DNA from: a virus
Reading direction: 5' to 3' (one strand)
Virus record (IMG/VR): IMGVR_UViG_3300046780_000733
Length of the DNA: 64,000 nt
Part shown: positions 43,684-53,001 of the stretch, piece by piece
How positions within the stretch are numbered: position 1 is the first letter of the stretch
How the letters are laid out: the number at the start of each line of letters is the position of its first letter
Position numbers and translations under genes: made by a program
Notes under the pieces: model-generated
Told to the model about the DNA's origin: nothing
Databases searched by the model: none
Seen by the model: only the letters and a program-made list of their open reading frames with translations

Positions 43684-44667
43684 TCACTGAAATAGAAGTT
43701 GTGCCTCCTGATGATTCCCAAGTTGTCTGGGTTGATAGTTCGCGCGTACCCAGTCATCCCATGGCACGCGTTTGTCGTAGGCACCCACAACCCACCGTTG
43801 GAAGCCGACGGTTTCTTTGGTTCGCACATAAGGCATCGGGTACGGCCTGGCCCCGAACTCCCGCAACTTGCGTCTACGGTGCTCGCAGTCCTCGTGTGTC
43901 TCGCCGTCCCAGTACCCGATGAGCATGTAGACCATGATCTGGTCTGGCTTGACGCCGTGCTTCACCAGGAGTTCCAGGCCGGTCATCAGGCGGTGCTCGT
44001 CCTTGCGGTTGTCCCAGGCCGTGTAGATCCTCTTGGTCTTCATCTGGTCGTCGCGGTAATCCACGGAGGCGATAGCCGCTGCTGTCTCGTCGGTGAGGAA
44101 CCGGGCGTTCACGCCCTGGTTGAAGGACACCTTGAATTTGCCGTCACGGATCGCCTCGATCTGAGATGGCCACGATGGCTCACCGAAGAAGTCGTTGTCA
44201 AGGAGGATCAGTTCTCGGGGCCAAGGATCACCACGCCAGAGCATATCGATCGTCCTATCCTTGCGGACCTTGCCTTCCTTGATGGGCACCACGCAGAACG
44301 GACATTTGAGCCTGCATCCCCTCTGCGTGAAGCCAATCGACTGTTTCCACTTCGGGTAGATCGAATAGTCTTGCTCCCTGGTGGTGATCCCGATGTCTTC
44401 GAGGCTGAGCGCGACATCGACGCCGGTGCCACCGATGATCGCGTTTGGCCTCGCTAGGCGAAGACGATCCGCGACAGGACGCGTGCGCTCAAATATGGCC
44501 GAAGCGTAGACCAGGTCTGGGTGTTCCCAATACCGGAGCTCCACGCTTCGGACGTTCGGCGCATGACGAAGTTCAACCTCATCGCCGAGGGCCTTGTGGT
44601 GGGCAGAGATCCGCATCAGGGCGATGTTCGGGATCTTGCCATCGAGTTGCAGAAGAAGGACTTTCAT
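43684..44667 (-). CDS. Radical SAM protein
   Basis: TQRGCRLKCPFCVV CxxxCxxC, LLDND; C-terminal QLLF. Confidence 0.88.
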   Translation of the reverse strand: MKVLLLQLDGKIPNIALMRISAHHKALGDEVELRHAPNVRSVELRYWEHPDLVYASAIFERTRPVADRLRLARPNAIIGGTGVDVALSLEDIGITTREQDYSIYPKWKQSIGFTQRGCRLKCPFCVVPIKEGKVRKDRTIDMLWRGDPWPRELILLDNDFFGEPSWPSQIEAIRDGKFKVSFNQGVNARFLTDETAAAIASVDYRDDQMKTKRIYTAWDNRKDEHRLMTGLELLVKHGVKPDQIMVYMLIGYWDGETHEDCEHRRRKLREFGARPYPMPYVRTKETVGFQRWVVGAYDKRVPWDDWVRANYQPRQLGNHQEAQLLFQ

Positions 44668-45020
44668 TCTGTTGCTTCGCAAATACAGTCGTCGATGAAG
44701 ACGGCTTCCTTGACGATGTCCTTGTACAACATGCCGTCACGACTCTCTTTTATCATGCCGGCCACGATCGTCGCGATCCTATGGCGACGGTTCTCTCGTG
44801 CCTGGAATCCATCGGTCGGCTCGGCAACCGGCCCCCAATCGATCCGCGAGTCGTCTTCGTGCTTCCTGCGAACAAGTCCTCGCCGCTCCAGTTCGACCAT
44901 ATCGCCCATCAATCCGTCGGTTCGGTTGCGATGGACCGACATTCCGGGCGAATACGGGTAAAACTCGCCGCGCACGAACGCTAGAAGTTTGCCTAGCCGC
45001 ACCTCAGTCACGTCAAACAT
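44664..45020 (-). CDS. Hypothetical protein
   Basis: RBS AGGAGG. Confidence 0.6.
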   Translation of the reverse strand: MFDVTEVRLGKLLAFVRGEFYPYSPGMSVHRNRTDGLMGDMVELERRGLVRRKHEDDSRIDWGPVAEPTDGFQARENRRHRIATIVAGMIKESRDGMLYKDIVKEAVFIDDCICEATE

Positions 45021-45235
45021 AATACCTCCTGGTTTCCGTCGGAAACTTGGTTAGAACGTCTCCTTGATCCATCTCAGCACACGCCGCCACCACGGCTCAT
45101 TGGGTGGACGACTCCTGGGGTGATTCACCTCCGACCACTCCGCGAACCTGAAACGGCACACGCGGCATTTGTCGAGGTCGTGGGTGGCCGAGAACAGGCT
45201 AGGGCATGCCCACGTCGGGCCACTACGGTAGCTCA

Positions 45236-45742
45236 TCATGGTCTCCATAGCGACACGTAGACATCGTAAACGTCCTTGGGAATCGGGCGTCGATCCCAAA
45301 TGGCTGCGTAACACTCGGCCAAAAACTCAGCAGAGTTCGTACATGCATAGCTACTCACGGTCTCGGTGATCCGCCGTGAGGACAGTGGCACCGGTGTCCT
45401 GAGAAGTTCCGAGAACCTCGCGGCACCCAGGTGAACCGCGACCTGCCTGTGGCCGATCTCGTGCCTGATCAGGTGGTCGAGGTCATCGCTGCTGAAGACG
45501 CGGTTCCTGAACCCTTCTCGGCGGCTGAAATCGGGGTTTCGCCAGTGGGACGCGTTGACATTGATCTCGATCTGATCAATGCCACTCACGTACTGCATGG
45601 CGAACGTGAACGGTTCACCGGCGACGTAGACGATTGGAACTCCTTGCTTATCGCAGATGCTTTGGGCACGCGCGAACAAAGATTTGGCGTCGTCGGCGAA
45701 GCATGGAGTTGACAAGGCTAGAAGCAGAATCGCAGAACGCAT
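45236..45742 (-). CDS. Secreted zincin-like metallopeptidase
   Basis: Signal peptide; HEIGH; SSYA..N..EFLAE. Confidence 0.7.
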   Translation of the reverse strand: MRSAILLLALSTPCFADDAKSLFARAQSICDKQGVPIVYVAGEPFTFAMQYVSGIDQIEINVNASHWRNPDFSRREGFRNRVFSSDDLDHLIRHEIGHRQVAVHLGAARFSELLRTPVPLSSRRITETVSSYACTNSAEFLAECYAAIWDRRPIPKDVYDVYVSLWRP

Positions 45743-45745
45743 CCG

Positions 45746-45964
45746 TTACTCCTCGTAGTCAAGGTCGTCGTCGTCCTCGAACTCGTCATCCTCGTCTTCG
45801 TTGATGTCGATGTCCCAGTCTTCGTCGTCGTCGAGCGGGTCATCGAGGTCGTCCAGGTCGTCGTAGTCGTCGTCGAGATCCACATCGTCTGGATCGTCGA
45901 TGTCGTCGAACTCGGATTCGTCCACGTCGCTGTCAAGGTCTTCAGGCAGGATGTCAGCCATCAT
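45746..45964 (-). CDS. Hyper-acidic small protein
   Basis: Mostly D/E over 72 aa; RBS GAGGAGG. Confidence 0.7.
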   Translation of the reverse strand: MMADILPEDLDSDVDESEFDDIDDPDDVDLDDDYDDLDDLDDPLDDDEDWDIDINEDEDDEFEDDDDLDYEE

Positions 45965-46100
45965 CTTCTTCCTCCTCGTCGATGTTGTTGAACGTATTCC
46001 AGAACCAGTGGTCGGGATCGAAAATGTCGTCCTCGGTATCGTCGTCTTCTTCGTCTTGCCAGTCTTCTGGGTCACCCCATCCGCGTCCGACGATGATCAT
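45954..46100 (-). CDS. 48-aa acidic Trp-rich protein (not in ORF track)
   Basis: MIIVGRGWGDPEDWQDEEDDDTEDDIFDPDHWFWNTFNNIDEEEEDDG; ATGA-coupled to helicase stop. Confidence 0.6.
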   Translation of the reverse strand: MIIVGRGWGDPEDWQDEEDDDTEDDIFDPDHWFWNTFNNIDEEEEDDG

Positions 46101-47689
46101 CGTTTCCCCCAAAGTTTGCTCAAGAAATCAGATGCTTCCTTCTTCGACATTGCACGCGCTTGTTCGGGTTCTACTCCATTCGCTATGAGGTGACTCGTTT
46201 GTTTCGGCGATGCGAGCCCGGCCTTGGATCTCGACAGCGTGTAGTCGATGATCGTCTTGGCCCTAGTCCTTGACAGGTTCGGGGCGTCGGCGATACCCAG
46301 CCGGTTCAGCAATTTGACCTGACCCGGTGTAGCCCGGGTGATCACCGCGTCTGTGACCCTGGAGCCACGCCACGGGATGCCGATGGCGTCACACACGGAG
46401 AGCGGATCATAGGAAACTCGCTTGTACCCGATGTTGCGCTCGCGGGCCTGGATGCGGAGCACGGTCTTCCGCTTGTGCTCTTTCTCGGCCTCCGAGATCG
46501 CATCCACCAGACTGAGCTTCTTGTTCTTGTTCATCAACTCCTGGGCGTCGTCCAGGACTTCCTGGTCAACCCCGCTGCCGTCGCAGAGTTCGACGGGCTT
46601 GACCAATTTGTGCTTGGTGGTCAGAAAGTTGAAGTCAATGATCAGTGCGTCTTGCTTACCCTCGTAGAGGCGTGTGCCTCGGCCAACGATCTGGGCATAG
46701 AGTGGGCGAGACTTGGTGGGGCGGCACAAGGCAATCGCGGCTGTCCTTGGAAGATCCACGCCTTCAGTCAGCAGTTGCACATTGCACAGCATCTGAATCT
46801 CGCCTTTTGTGTATTGCTCGATCTTCTTCTCGCGGTCGGGATCATCACCTGAGATCCAGTCAGCACGAATGCCAATCGACTGAAGGGCTGTCGCCATCCC
46901 CTGGGCACTCTTGATCATCGGCGTGAAGACCAGAGTAGATCGATCGCCGGCCTCCTGGCGGATCGCGTTGGCCAGCGTGTCAACCAGCGGTCCAATCCTG
47001 GCTTCGAGATCCGCGTCTGTGTAGTCGCCCTCCTTGGTTCTCAGGTCACGGAGGTCGATATCCACGTCGCATTGGACGAATGTAAGCCTGCTCAGATAAG
47101 GCCCTGGATCAGGAGCCGTCATCGCCTGCCAGAGGTTGAACTCGTAGCAGACCGAGTCAAATATTTGGCCGAGGTCTTCTTCGTCGGCTCGATCATAGGT
47201 CGCCGTCATGCCGAGAACGCGAGCACGAGGGAAGTGCTTCAGGATTCGCTTCGCGCTCGGAGTACAGGCGTGATGAGCCTCATCGATTACGATTAACTGG
47301 AAATAATCCTGCGGCCACTCAGCGAGTCTTTTGGCATGCAACGTAGCCGTAGTGGCTACCACGGCGTCAGCATCGAAGAGTTCCCTGGCCCTCTGGTCGG
47401 CCATCTCGATGCCAGGCTCGACGCCCATACGATCAAGCGTGTTGGCCATTTGGGAGACCAGATGCCTTGTTGGGCACGTAATAAGGACACGGTTCCCCTT
47501 CTCGATCGTATGCCGAACGATCTGGCCGCAGACGGAACTTTTGCCCGTGCCGGTGCTCATGACGATCGCCGTGCTTTTCACCTTCTTGGAGAACTCAGCA
47601 CGCACCGCCTCTACGGCTTCTTGCTGGTAATAGCGCAGCGTGATCGGGTTGTCGCCAAGAATGGGCTTGGCAAGGAGTCCTTGAGACAT
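46097..47689 (-). CDS. SF2 DEAH-box helicase
   Basis: LRYYQ, STGTGKS, IDEAHH, MTAT, LTEGVDLP, QIVGRGTR. Confidence 0.93.
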   Translation of the reverse strand: MSQGLLAKPILGDNPITLRYYQQEAVEAVRAEFSKKVKSTAIVMSTGTGKSSVCGQIVRHTIEKGNRVLITCPTRHLVSQMANTLDRMGVEPGIEMADQRARELFDADAVVATTATLHAKRLAEWPQDYFQLIVIDEAHHACTPSAKRILKHFPRARVLGMTATYDRADEEDLGQIFDSVCYEFNLWQAMTAPDPGPYLSRLTFVQCDVDIDLRDLRTKEGDYTDADLEARIGPLVDTLANAIRQEAGDRSTLVFTPMIKSAQGMATALQSIGIRADWISGDDPDREKKIEQYTKGEIQMLCNVQLLTEGVDLPRTAAIALCRPTKSRPLYAQIVGRGTRLYEGKQDALIIDFNFLTTKHKLVKPVELCDGSGVDQEVLDDAQELMNKNKKLSLVDAISEAEKEHKRKTVLRIQARERNIGYKRVSYDPLSVCDAIGIPWRGSRVTDAVITRATPGQVKLLNRLGIADAPNLSRTRAKTIIDYTLSRSKAGLASPKQTSHLIANGVEPEQARAMSKKEASDFLSKLWGKR

Positions 47690-47707
47690 CCTCGTCTCCT
47701 ATGAATG

Positions 47708-48802
47708 TCAAGTTTGGACGAGATAACCGCGGCCGAAACATTTGTGGCAGTCGCCGATGGGCGTCGTCCCGACACCGGAACATCCGTCGTACTTGGGCTC
47801 GGGGCACCGAACCCATTCGCCAGGATTGGCCACGCGAAGCACAGCCCTGATCCTGTGCCCGTAGGTGCCGGTGTGGCGGGCCTTGTTCAAAAGTTCGGTT
47901 ATCTTTTTCTTGAACGACTCGCGTGCCTTTTGGCTGTGCCTGTAGAACAGAGCGTCATCGACGAACGTCGAGAGCGGCTTACCCTTGAGCACCGAGAACA
48001 ATGGCAACTTCGCCACCCAATCCTCATCGCTGGCATCGTCCTTGATCGCGGCCCGCTCCTCGCGATCTTCCTTGACATCCTCGACTGTCTCGGCGTCCGG
48101 GTTAGCGCTGGTGATATCGGGGATCACGCCCTCGGCGATCTGACCCTTCTTTCGCATCTTGGCGATCTCAGGCGTGTCGGGCTGGAGCACGCCGTCAACC
48201 CGGCACTGACCGGTGGGTTTCTTGGCGTCGAGGCCCAGTTCTCGCTTGGCCTGTGGGATGGTGATCTCGCCGCGCTTGACACGCTCGGCCGTCTCGGGGC
48301 TCGCCTCGGCGATCTTCTCGGCATCCTGAACGTACTTCTCGTTGGTTCCAAACGTCTTGGCTGCCTGGACCGAAGATTCCCGCTCGCGTTTCCCGGAACC
48401 TTCCGGAACGAATTCCGGAAGGTTGGACGAGTCAGTGCGGACTCCGGCCTTCTTCCGTTTATCCGCATTCGCGGCGAGGCGCTTCTTGTGTCCGGCCGCA
48501 CATACGGCTCGCTGGCTCGACGTGAGTTGACGGCGGCACAGATTTCGGCTCTTGACTAACTCCAATGCCTGATCGTCATCGCCGTCGAACTCCTCGAACC
48601 TGGGCTCGACACCCGCGGATCGGCACGCCTCGTAGCGATTGCGGCCGTCAAGGATCTTGCCATCGAAGAGGGTAATCGTGTCGTTCAAGCCGTTGGCCTT
48701 GATGTTCTCGGCGAGGGCGCTTGCCTCATCCGGAGAAATCATCGGAAAGATGTTGGCGTACTCGTGATACTCATAGACGGCTGACAATGTACTGTGCTCC
48801 AA
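47708..48802 (-). CDS. ParB-N-domain protein
   Basis: ANIFPM, LAENIKANGL...ILDGRNRYEAC, NL.RRQLT.SQRA. Confidence 0.8.
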   Translation of the reverse strand: MEHSTLSAVYEYHEYANIFPMISPDEASALAENIKANGLNDTITLFDGKILDGRNRYEACRSAGVEPRFEEFDGDDDQALELVKSRNLCRRQLTSSQRAVCAAGHKKRLAANADKRKKAGVRTDSSNLPEFVPEGSGKRERESSVQAAKTFGTNEKYVQDAEKIAEASPETAERVKRGEITIPQAKRELGLDAKKPTGQCRVDGVLQPDTPEIAKMRKKGQIAEGVIPDITSANPDAETVEDVKEDREERAAIKDDASDEDWVAKLPLFSVLKGKPLSTFVDDALFYRHSQKARESFKKKITELLNKARHTGTYGHRIRAVLRVANPGEWVRCPEPKYDGCSGVGTTPIGDCHKCFGRGYLVQT

Positions 48803-49706
48803 GACGCGCTATAGCGTCTGCATAATCCAGGAATGCTCCGCACTCGACACCGAGCGCGAACAAACTGAGGCGTCGTCCGGAACCGGAGTCCACATAGACA
48901 CCGGAAATTCTGTTCACCGCAGCACTCGGCCGCGTGTCTTCGCGATCGAAGGCGTGGCACTCCACCCACTCTCTACCGTTGTTTCGGTTGACGAAACGAA
49001 TTCCCCATGAGGCGACGAGCCCGACCTTGTCGTGGATGGCTGCCTTGACCTGGTCGGCGTCGTAGCGATGCGAGCCATGGCCTGGATCATCGGACGTCTG
49101 GCGCACAACGGGCGTCGCCACGGGCGTCCTGGGCGGCTCAATCGTGTTCCACGCCAGCAGCCACGGCGGCGCGTCCATGAGGCCGATGTCCCTGGGGTTG
49201 TGGCCGCGCTCGAACATGTATATGTCGCCGGTCTTGGGATGGATCGACGGGTACGCCATCACCAAAGATTTGTCGCCGAGCCGTTCTATTGCCGAGTGCT
49301 CGCCTTCGCCTTTCCACAGGAAACCCTTGCGGAGCAGAGGGCCTTGCTCTGGCACCCGGAACCACAGGTGCCGGCCGGCACCGCCCGTGTGCGACACCCA
49401 CGTTTGGATCTTGCGACCACCGCGCCTCTTGTGCCACTCCTCGATCGCGGCCTCGCCGTCGAGATCGATTACCATCAGTCCCCACCGCCGGCCACACACC
49501 ACCTGGAGATTCGAGGTTGGGTTCTTGTCAAAGACGTCCTCGGGAGCCATGGTGTCCCAGAACTCGCGGAACGTCCTGAGCATCGGACGCTTGGCATCCG
49601 GACGTGACGGCAGAGGGTTCAGGCCCCGCCACCGATACACGCCGAACCAATACTTGGCCAATGCGATGTCGGCATCGCTGACCTCGCGGTCGCAAATCGT
49701 TGGCAT
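48771..49706 (-). CDS. Bifunctional primase-polymerase (Prim-Pol) with C-terminal Zn-binding-like domain
   Basis: KRP, LMVIDLDG, TGGAGRHLWF, AYPSIH; ECH...D.RPS. Confidence 0.85.
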   Translation of the reverse strand: MPTICDREVSDADIALAKYWFGVYRWRGLNPLPSRPDAKRPMLRTFREFWDTMAPEDVFDKNPTSNLQVVCGRRWGLMVIDLDGEAAIEEWHKRRGGRKIQTWVSHTGGAGRHLWFRVPEQGPLLRKGFLWKGEGEHSAIERLGDKSLVMAYPSIHPKTGDIYMFERGHNPRDIGLMDAPPWLLAWNTIEPPRTPVATPVVRQTSDDPGHGSHRYDADQVKAAIHDKVGLVASWGIRFVNRNNGREWVECHAFDREDTRPSAAVNRISGVYVDSGSGRRLSLFALGVECGAFLDYADAIARLGAQYIVSRL

Positions 49707-49753
49707 TCGTGATCCGGTTAAAAGACAGATTCAGGATCGCAATTGGCAAAAAA

Positions 49754-50467
49754 TTACTCCCCGAGGTAGCCTCGGATCAGTTCGGAGACCTGATTTTCGG
49801 AGAGCTGGACCAGTCGGTCGGGATAGCCGGCGCGCTTGGCACATTCCTGGAAATAGTTGACGACGTTTTTCTCGCCGCCGTCTTCCTTCTTCTTGCACCA
49901 GGCGAACAGCGACCGGCCCGTATGAGGAAGGTTATCGTCGTCGGATCGCTGCTGGCCATGGTGGGCAGACTGCTGACGCGGAGCCGGCTGCGATGGCTCG
50001 GGTCGATAGGATTCCTGGTGCGACGGGTGGGATGCACCAGACGTCTGCCGCCACGCCGCGTCGGTGGTGCCGAGAAGCTCATCGACGTAGTTCGGGACAC
50101 CGTCTCCGTACAGGTATCGTCCGACGCCAAACTTGGCAGCGGCACGCTTGAATGCATCTGAGAACCCACTCTTCTCGTCGTCGCCGGCATCAGACATGCC
50201 GGCAAAACCGCCTGCGTCACATTTCGTCAGGGCGGTCCCGTCGGGCAGACGGATCGTCAGGTGGCAGACGACGGATTTCTCTCCAGGATCGTAGACATCC
50301 CACCAGTTAGTTGGGCCGACCACGTCATCCAAACGATTGGCTACGGTCCTGGCCGTGATGTACGCCAGTTGGCGTCCACCCTGACTGCGAGATCGGACTT
50401 GGTCTCCGACGAACGGCGCCGACAACCTGGCAAACAATCTGTCTGTGTCGTCAAGAATTCGATCCAT
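49754..50467 (-). CDS. Rad52/Rad22-family ssDNA annealing protein (Sak)
   Basis: LAYITARTVANRLDDVVG..NW, KSGFSDAFKRAAAKFGVGRYLY. Confidence 0.92.
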   Translation of the reverse strand: MDRILDDTDRLFARLSAPFVGDQVRSRSQGGRQLAYITARTVANRLDDVVGPTNWWDVYDPGEKSVVCHLTIRLPDGTALTKCDAGGFAGMSDAGDDEKSGFSDAFKRAAAKFGVGRYLYGDGVPNYVDELLGTTDAAWRQTSGASHPSHQESYRPEPSQPAPRQQSAHHGQQRSDDDNLPHTGRSLFAWCKKKEDGGEKNVVNYFQECAKRAGYPDRLVQLSENQVSELIRGYLGE

Positions 50468-50825
50468 GCTGTCTCCTCAAAGATTCTCGGCGCAATACCG
50501 ATATCGAATTTTTTTCCGCTAACGCTTCGGTCATCAACCACAGGTGTTGATTACGATGTCGTGTGGGAGTAAAATGAAACCGAGTGAGAAATCCCCAGAC
50601 GAGGTTCCCCCCGTAAGAGTGATCCTCTGCGTTTCGGCGGAACACGAATTAATTTGGGGATTTTTCTCAAGGATTTTCATTTTAGGGGTAGACGATGAAC
50701 TTCGGGTTTACTAAAAACAACACCATGGCACGAAAAACGAGAACCAGGGGTCGTCACGACGGTGCGACTCCATCGCCCAGTCAACCAACCATCCAGGCTA
50801 CACGACGCCGCCAAGTAAGCGGAAG

Positions 50826-51233
50826 GCGGATGCTGCCCTGGCCGTAAAGATCCGCACGCTGAGAAACGGCCTCGGGCTCAGCGGCAGCGACCTGGGGTTT
50901 CAGATTGGAAAATCCCAGTCCAGGATATCGAAGTGGGAGAACTGCGAAGGGCACCCGACCGCGCGAGAACTCTTGAGTCTGGCGAGGGTGTTCAGAGTAT
51001 CCCTGGAATTTTTATGCGACCCGGAGATCACCGACGTGAGCCAGATAACACCCTCTGCGCTCAACGACGACGAGCGCCGCATACTCGAATTGGCGAACAT
51101 GCTCGGCTACAACAGGGCCAAACTGCGGCTTCTCGGGGTCAATGAGGATGCGTCCCAGGATCAACCGGGGCCGACCGTCAAGAAACCCATCAGGGTGAGC
51201 AGGAACAGGAATAAGCCGCCGCAGGACCAGTAG
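50826..51233 (+). CDS. XRE-family HTH repressor (start not canonical or frameshifted; start coordinate approximate)
   Basis: KIRTLRNGLGLSGSDLGFQIGKSQSRISKWENCEGHPTARELLSLARVFRVSLEFL is in frame with the 50973 ORF, but no in-frame ATG/GTG/TTG precedes it. Confidence 0.75.
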   Translation, partial: ADAALAVKIRTLRNGLGLSGSDLGFQIGKSQSRISKWENCEGHPTARELLSLARVFRVSLEFLCDPEITDVSQITPSALNDDERRILELANMLGYNRAKLRLLGVNEDASQDQPGPTVKKPIRVSRNRNKPPQDQ

Positions 51234-51241
51234 ACGAAAAG

Positions 51242-51281
51242 GCAGCAGGTGGCGAGAAAGTGACCCTCGTTCACCTGCTGC
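51242..51281. terminator. Hairpin between convergent genes
   Basis: GCAGCAGGTG/CACCTGCTGC. Confidence 0.55.
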
Positions 51282-51289
51282 TCGATGAA

Positions 51290-51748
51290 TCAGGCGATCA
51301 CGCGCTGGAGAACCTCCATGCCATCCATTTCGTGAATCAGAGACCATCCCTCCTCCTGATCCGCATTGCCGTGACCCTCGCTGGTGTCCCTGAACCATGT
51401 CTCCACGTCATGGACAACCCCGTTGGTCACGAAACTGAGCACGCTCGCGCTTCCATTCCCGCGCTCGCAACGCTTGGGTCGATCAGACGCAGCCGTCGCG
51501 GTTCTCGACTTCTTATTCATCAAGTCAACGGTCGCCACTCCGCTCTCATCCCTCGTGTATCGACCCGACACGATCAGCATGTTCGTATTGCCGCCGTCCG
51601 TACTCATTGCGCGCATCCTCGAAGTGTCAATGGTAGGTTTCGCAGTCGCCTCCATCGTCGGCTGCCAAGCATCGTTGCTCGTGACCATCTTAGCAGAATT
51701 TAATGCGGATGCAAGATGCGTCTTAAATAACAGATTTGCTTTGTGCAC
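51290..51748 (-). CDS. Hypothetical protein (start uncertain)
   Basis: Open frame ending next to the hairpin. Confidence 0.4.
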   Translation of the reverse strand: MHKANLLFKTHLASALNSAKMVTSNDAWQPTMEATAKPTIDTSRMRAMSTDGGNTNMLIVSGRYTRDESGVATVDLMNKKSRTATAASDRPKRCERGNGSASVLSFVTNGVVHDVETWFRDTSEGHGNADQEEGWSLIHEMDGMEVLQRVIA

Positions 51749-51785
51749 TCAATGCATCGCGTAACGTGGACAGTGACGCAGCAGA

Positions 51786-52988
51786 TCACCGTGCATGAAC
51801 CGAGAATTGGGCCGTGGGTCCGTGGGTGTGCTCGTACAGATAGGCTTCGGCGGAATGGATCGAGTTCACATATCCAGACTTGTGGTGCCAGAGATCGGTC
51901 CCGGAGAGCGACGGGATCGTGCGGATCATCATCCCCTGGACGGTCTCTGTTTCCTGGCAGTGGTGCAGGGCCTTGACCCTGGTGGCCTCGCTGATATGCC
52001 TGTGGCCTCGGTGCCATTCCAGGAACTTGGCCTTAGCAAGCATCTTGCGCGGCACGTCGTGGAGCATGAGGCCGGGCAGGTCTTTGGGTTTGCACGAGTC
52101 GCCGTGGTCCAGGCCGATCAACGTCGTGCCCCACGCGTAATACTTACGAGGGTTCGGCGAGACATCGACCCTGACATCCGAGGATCGCGAGAACGTGGCC
52201 TCGATCGTTTTCGCGAAGTGCCACGAACTCAGGTAGTCGTGGTTGCCGGAGATGTGGATCAAGTCCACCGGTGCCACCATCAGCAACTGCTCGACCAGGC
52301 CGCACCCCGCAGCCAACCCGGCCTCGAAAACTTTGTGGTATCTTCCGTCACAGTCCAACTTCGTTCCTTTTGTTGTACTGCCTTCCAGTGTGTCCGAGTG
52401 GAAAAAATCATTCCCCACGACGAGCAAAAATCTCTCGATCTGGTCCTGGTAGCCGCGGGCACGATCGAGAAGATCGGCGGCTGCGTTCGCAAACACCTTG
52501 GTAGCGATTTTCAGGTCGTAGTCGTCCCCGGTTTCTTTGGACCAGCACAGTTTCCCGAAGTGGCAGTCGTAGAGCCCGAGCTCCATCAGGTATCGCTCGT
52601 TCTTGGGCCGAGACGGCTTCACCGGAACCGGTGCATAGTTGGGAGCGACCGCGGCGAGCCTCTGGTAGAAGAGCTCCAGGGCGTCATGGAGCGGCTTGGG
52701 CTGAATCCTCTCCAGTCGTAGCCAGATTCTCCAGTTTCGCTTGCGTACCGGGGTATCCTTGAATACCGGTCTCCCCCGATCGTCAACTCCTACCTGAGTT
52801 CTCAATTTAAGCGTGACGTGGTGGGCGCCGATCTCCATGTGCTTGACGCGCCAGATCGACTCGTCCACCTTGGCAAAGGCCATCGCCTCGGCTTCAGTTC
52901 GGATCTCCTGATCCGACATCGCTTCCACACGAGCCTCGTCGCCCGTTTCTGTCCACGTCTGGTCACCAGGTTCGTTGACGTCAGCCAC
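51786..52988 (-). CDS. Calcineurin-like metallophosphoesterase/nuclease
   Basis: DCHFGK, GNDFFH, GNHD, HGD, GHRH. Confidence 0.85.
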   Translation of the reverse strand: MADVNEPGDQTWTETGDEARVEAMSDQEIRTEAEAMAFAKVDESIWRVKHMEIGAHHVTLKLRTQVGVDDRGRPVFKDTPVRKRNWRIWLRLERIQPKPLHDALELFYQRLAAVAPNYAPVPVKPSRPKNERYLMELGLYDCHFGKLCWSKETGDDYDLKIATKVFANAAADLLDRARGYQDQIERFLLVVGNDFFHSDTLEGSTTKGTKLDCDGRYHKVFEAGLAAGCGLVEQLLMVAPVDLIHISGNHDYLSSWHFAKTIEATFSRSSDVRVDVSPNPRKYYAWGTTLIGLDHGDSCKPKDLPGLMLHDVPRKMLAKAKFLEWHRGHRHISEATRVKALHHCQETETVQGMMIRTIPSLSGTDLWHHKSGYVNSIHSAEAYLYEHTHGPTAQFSVHAR

Positions 52989-53001
52989 AGTGGCTCCTTG
53001 G

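Noticed and set aside
51260-51703. Plus-strand ORF starting like a VWA domain (LLLDESG)
   Set aside because: Similarity ends at once; it starts within a terminator-like hairpin and shadows a minus-strand ORF
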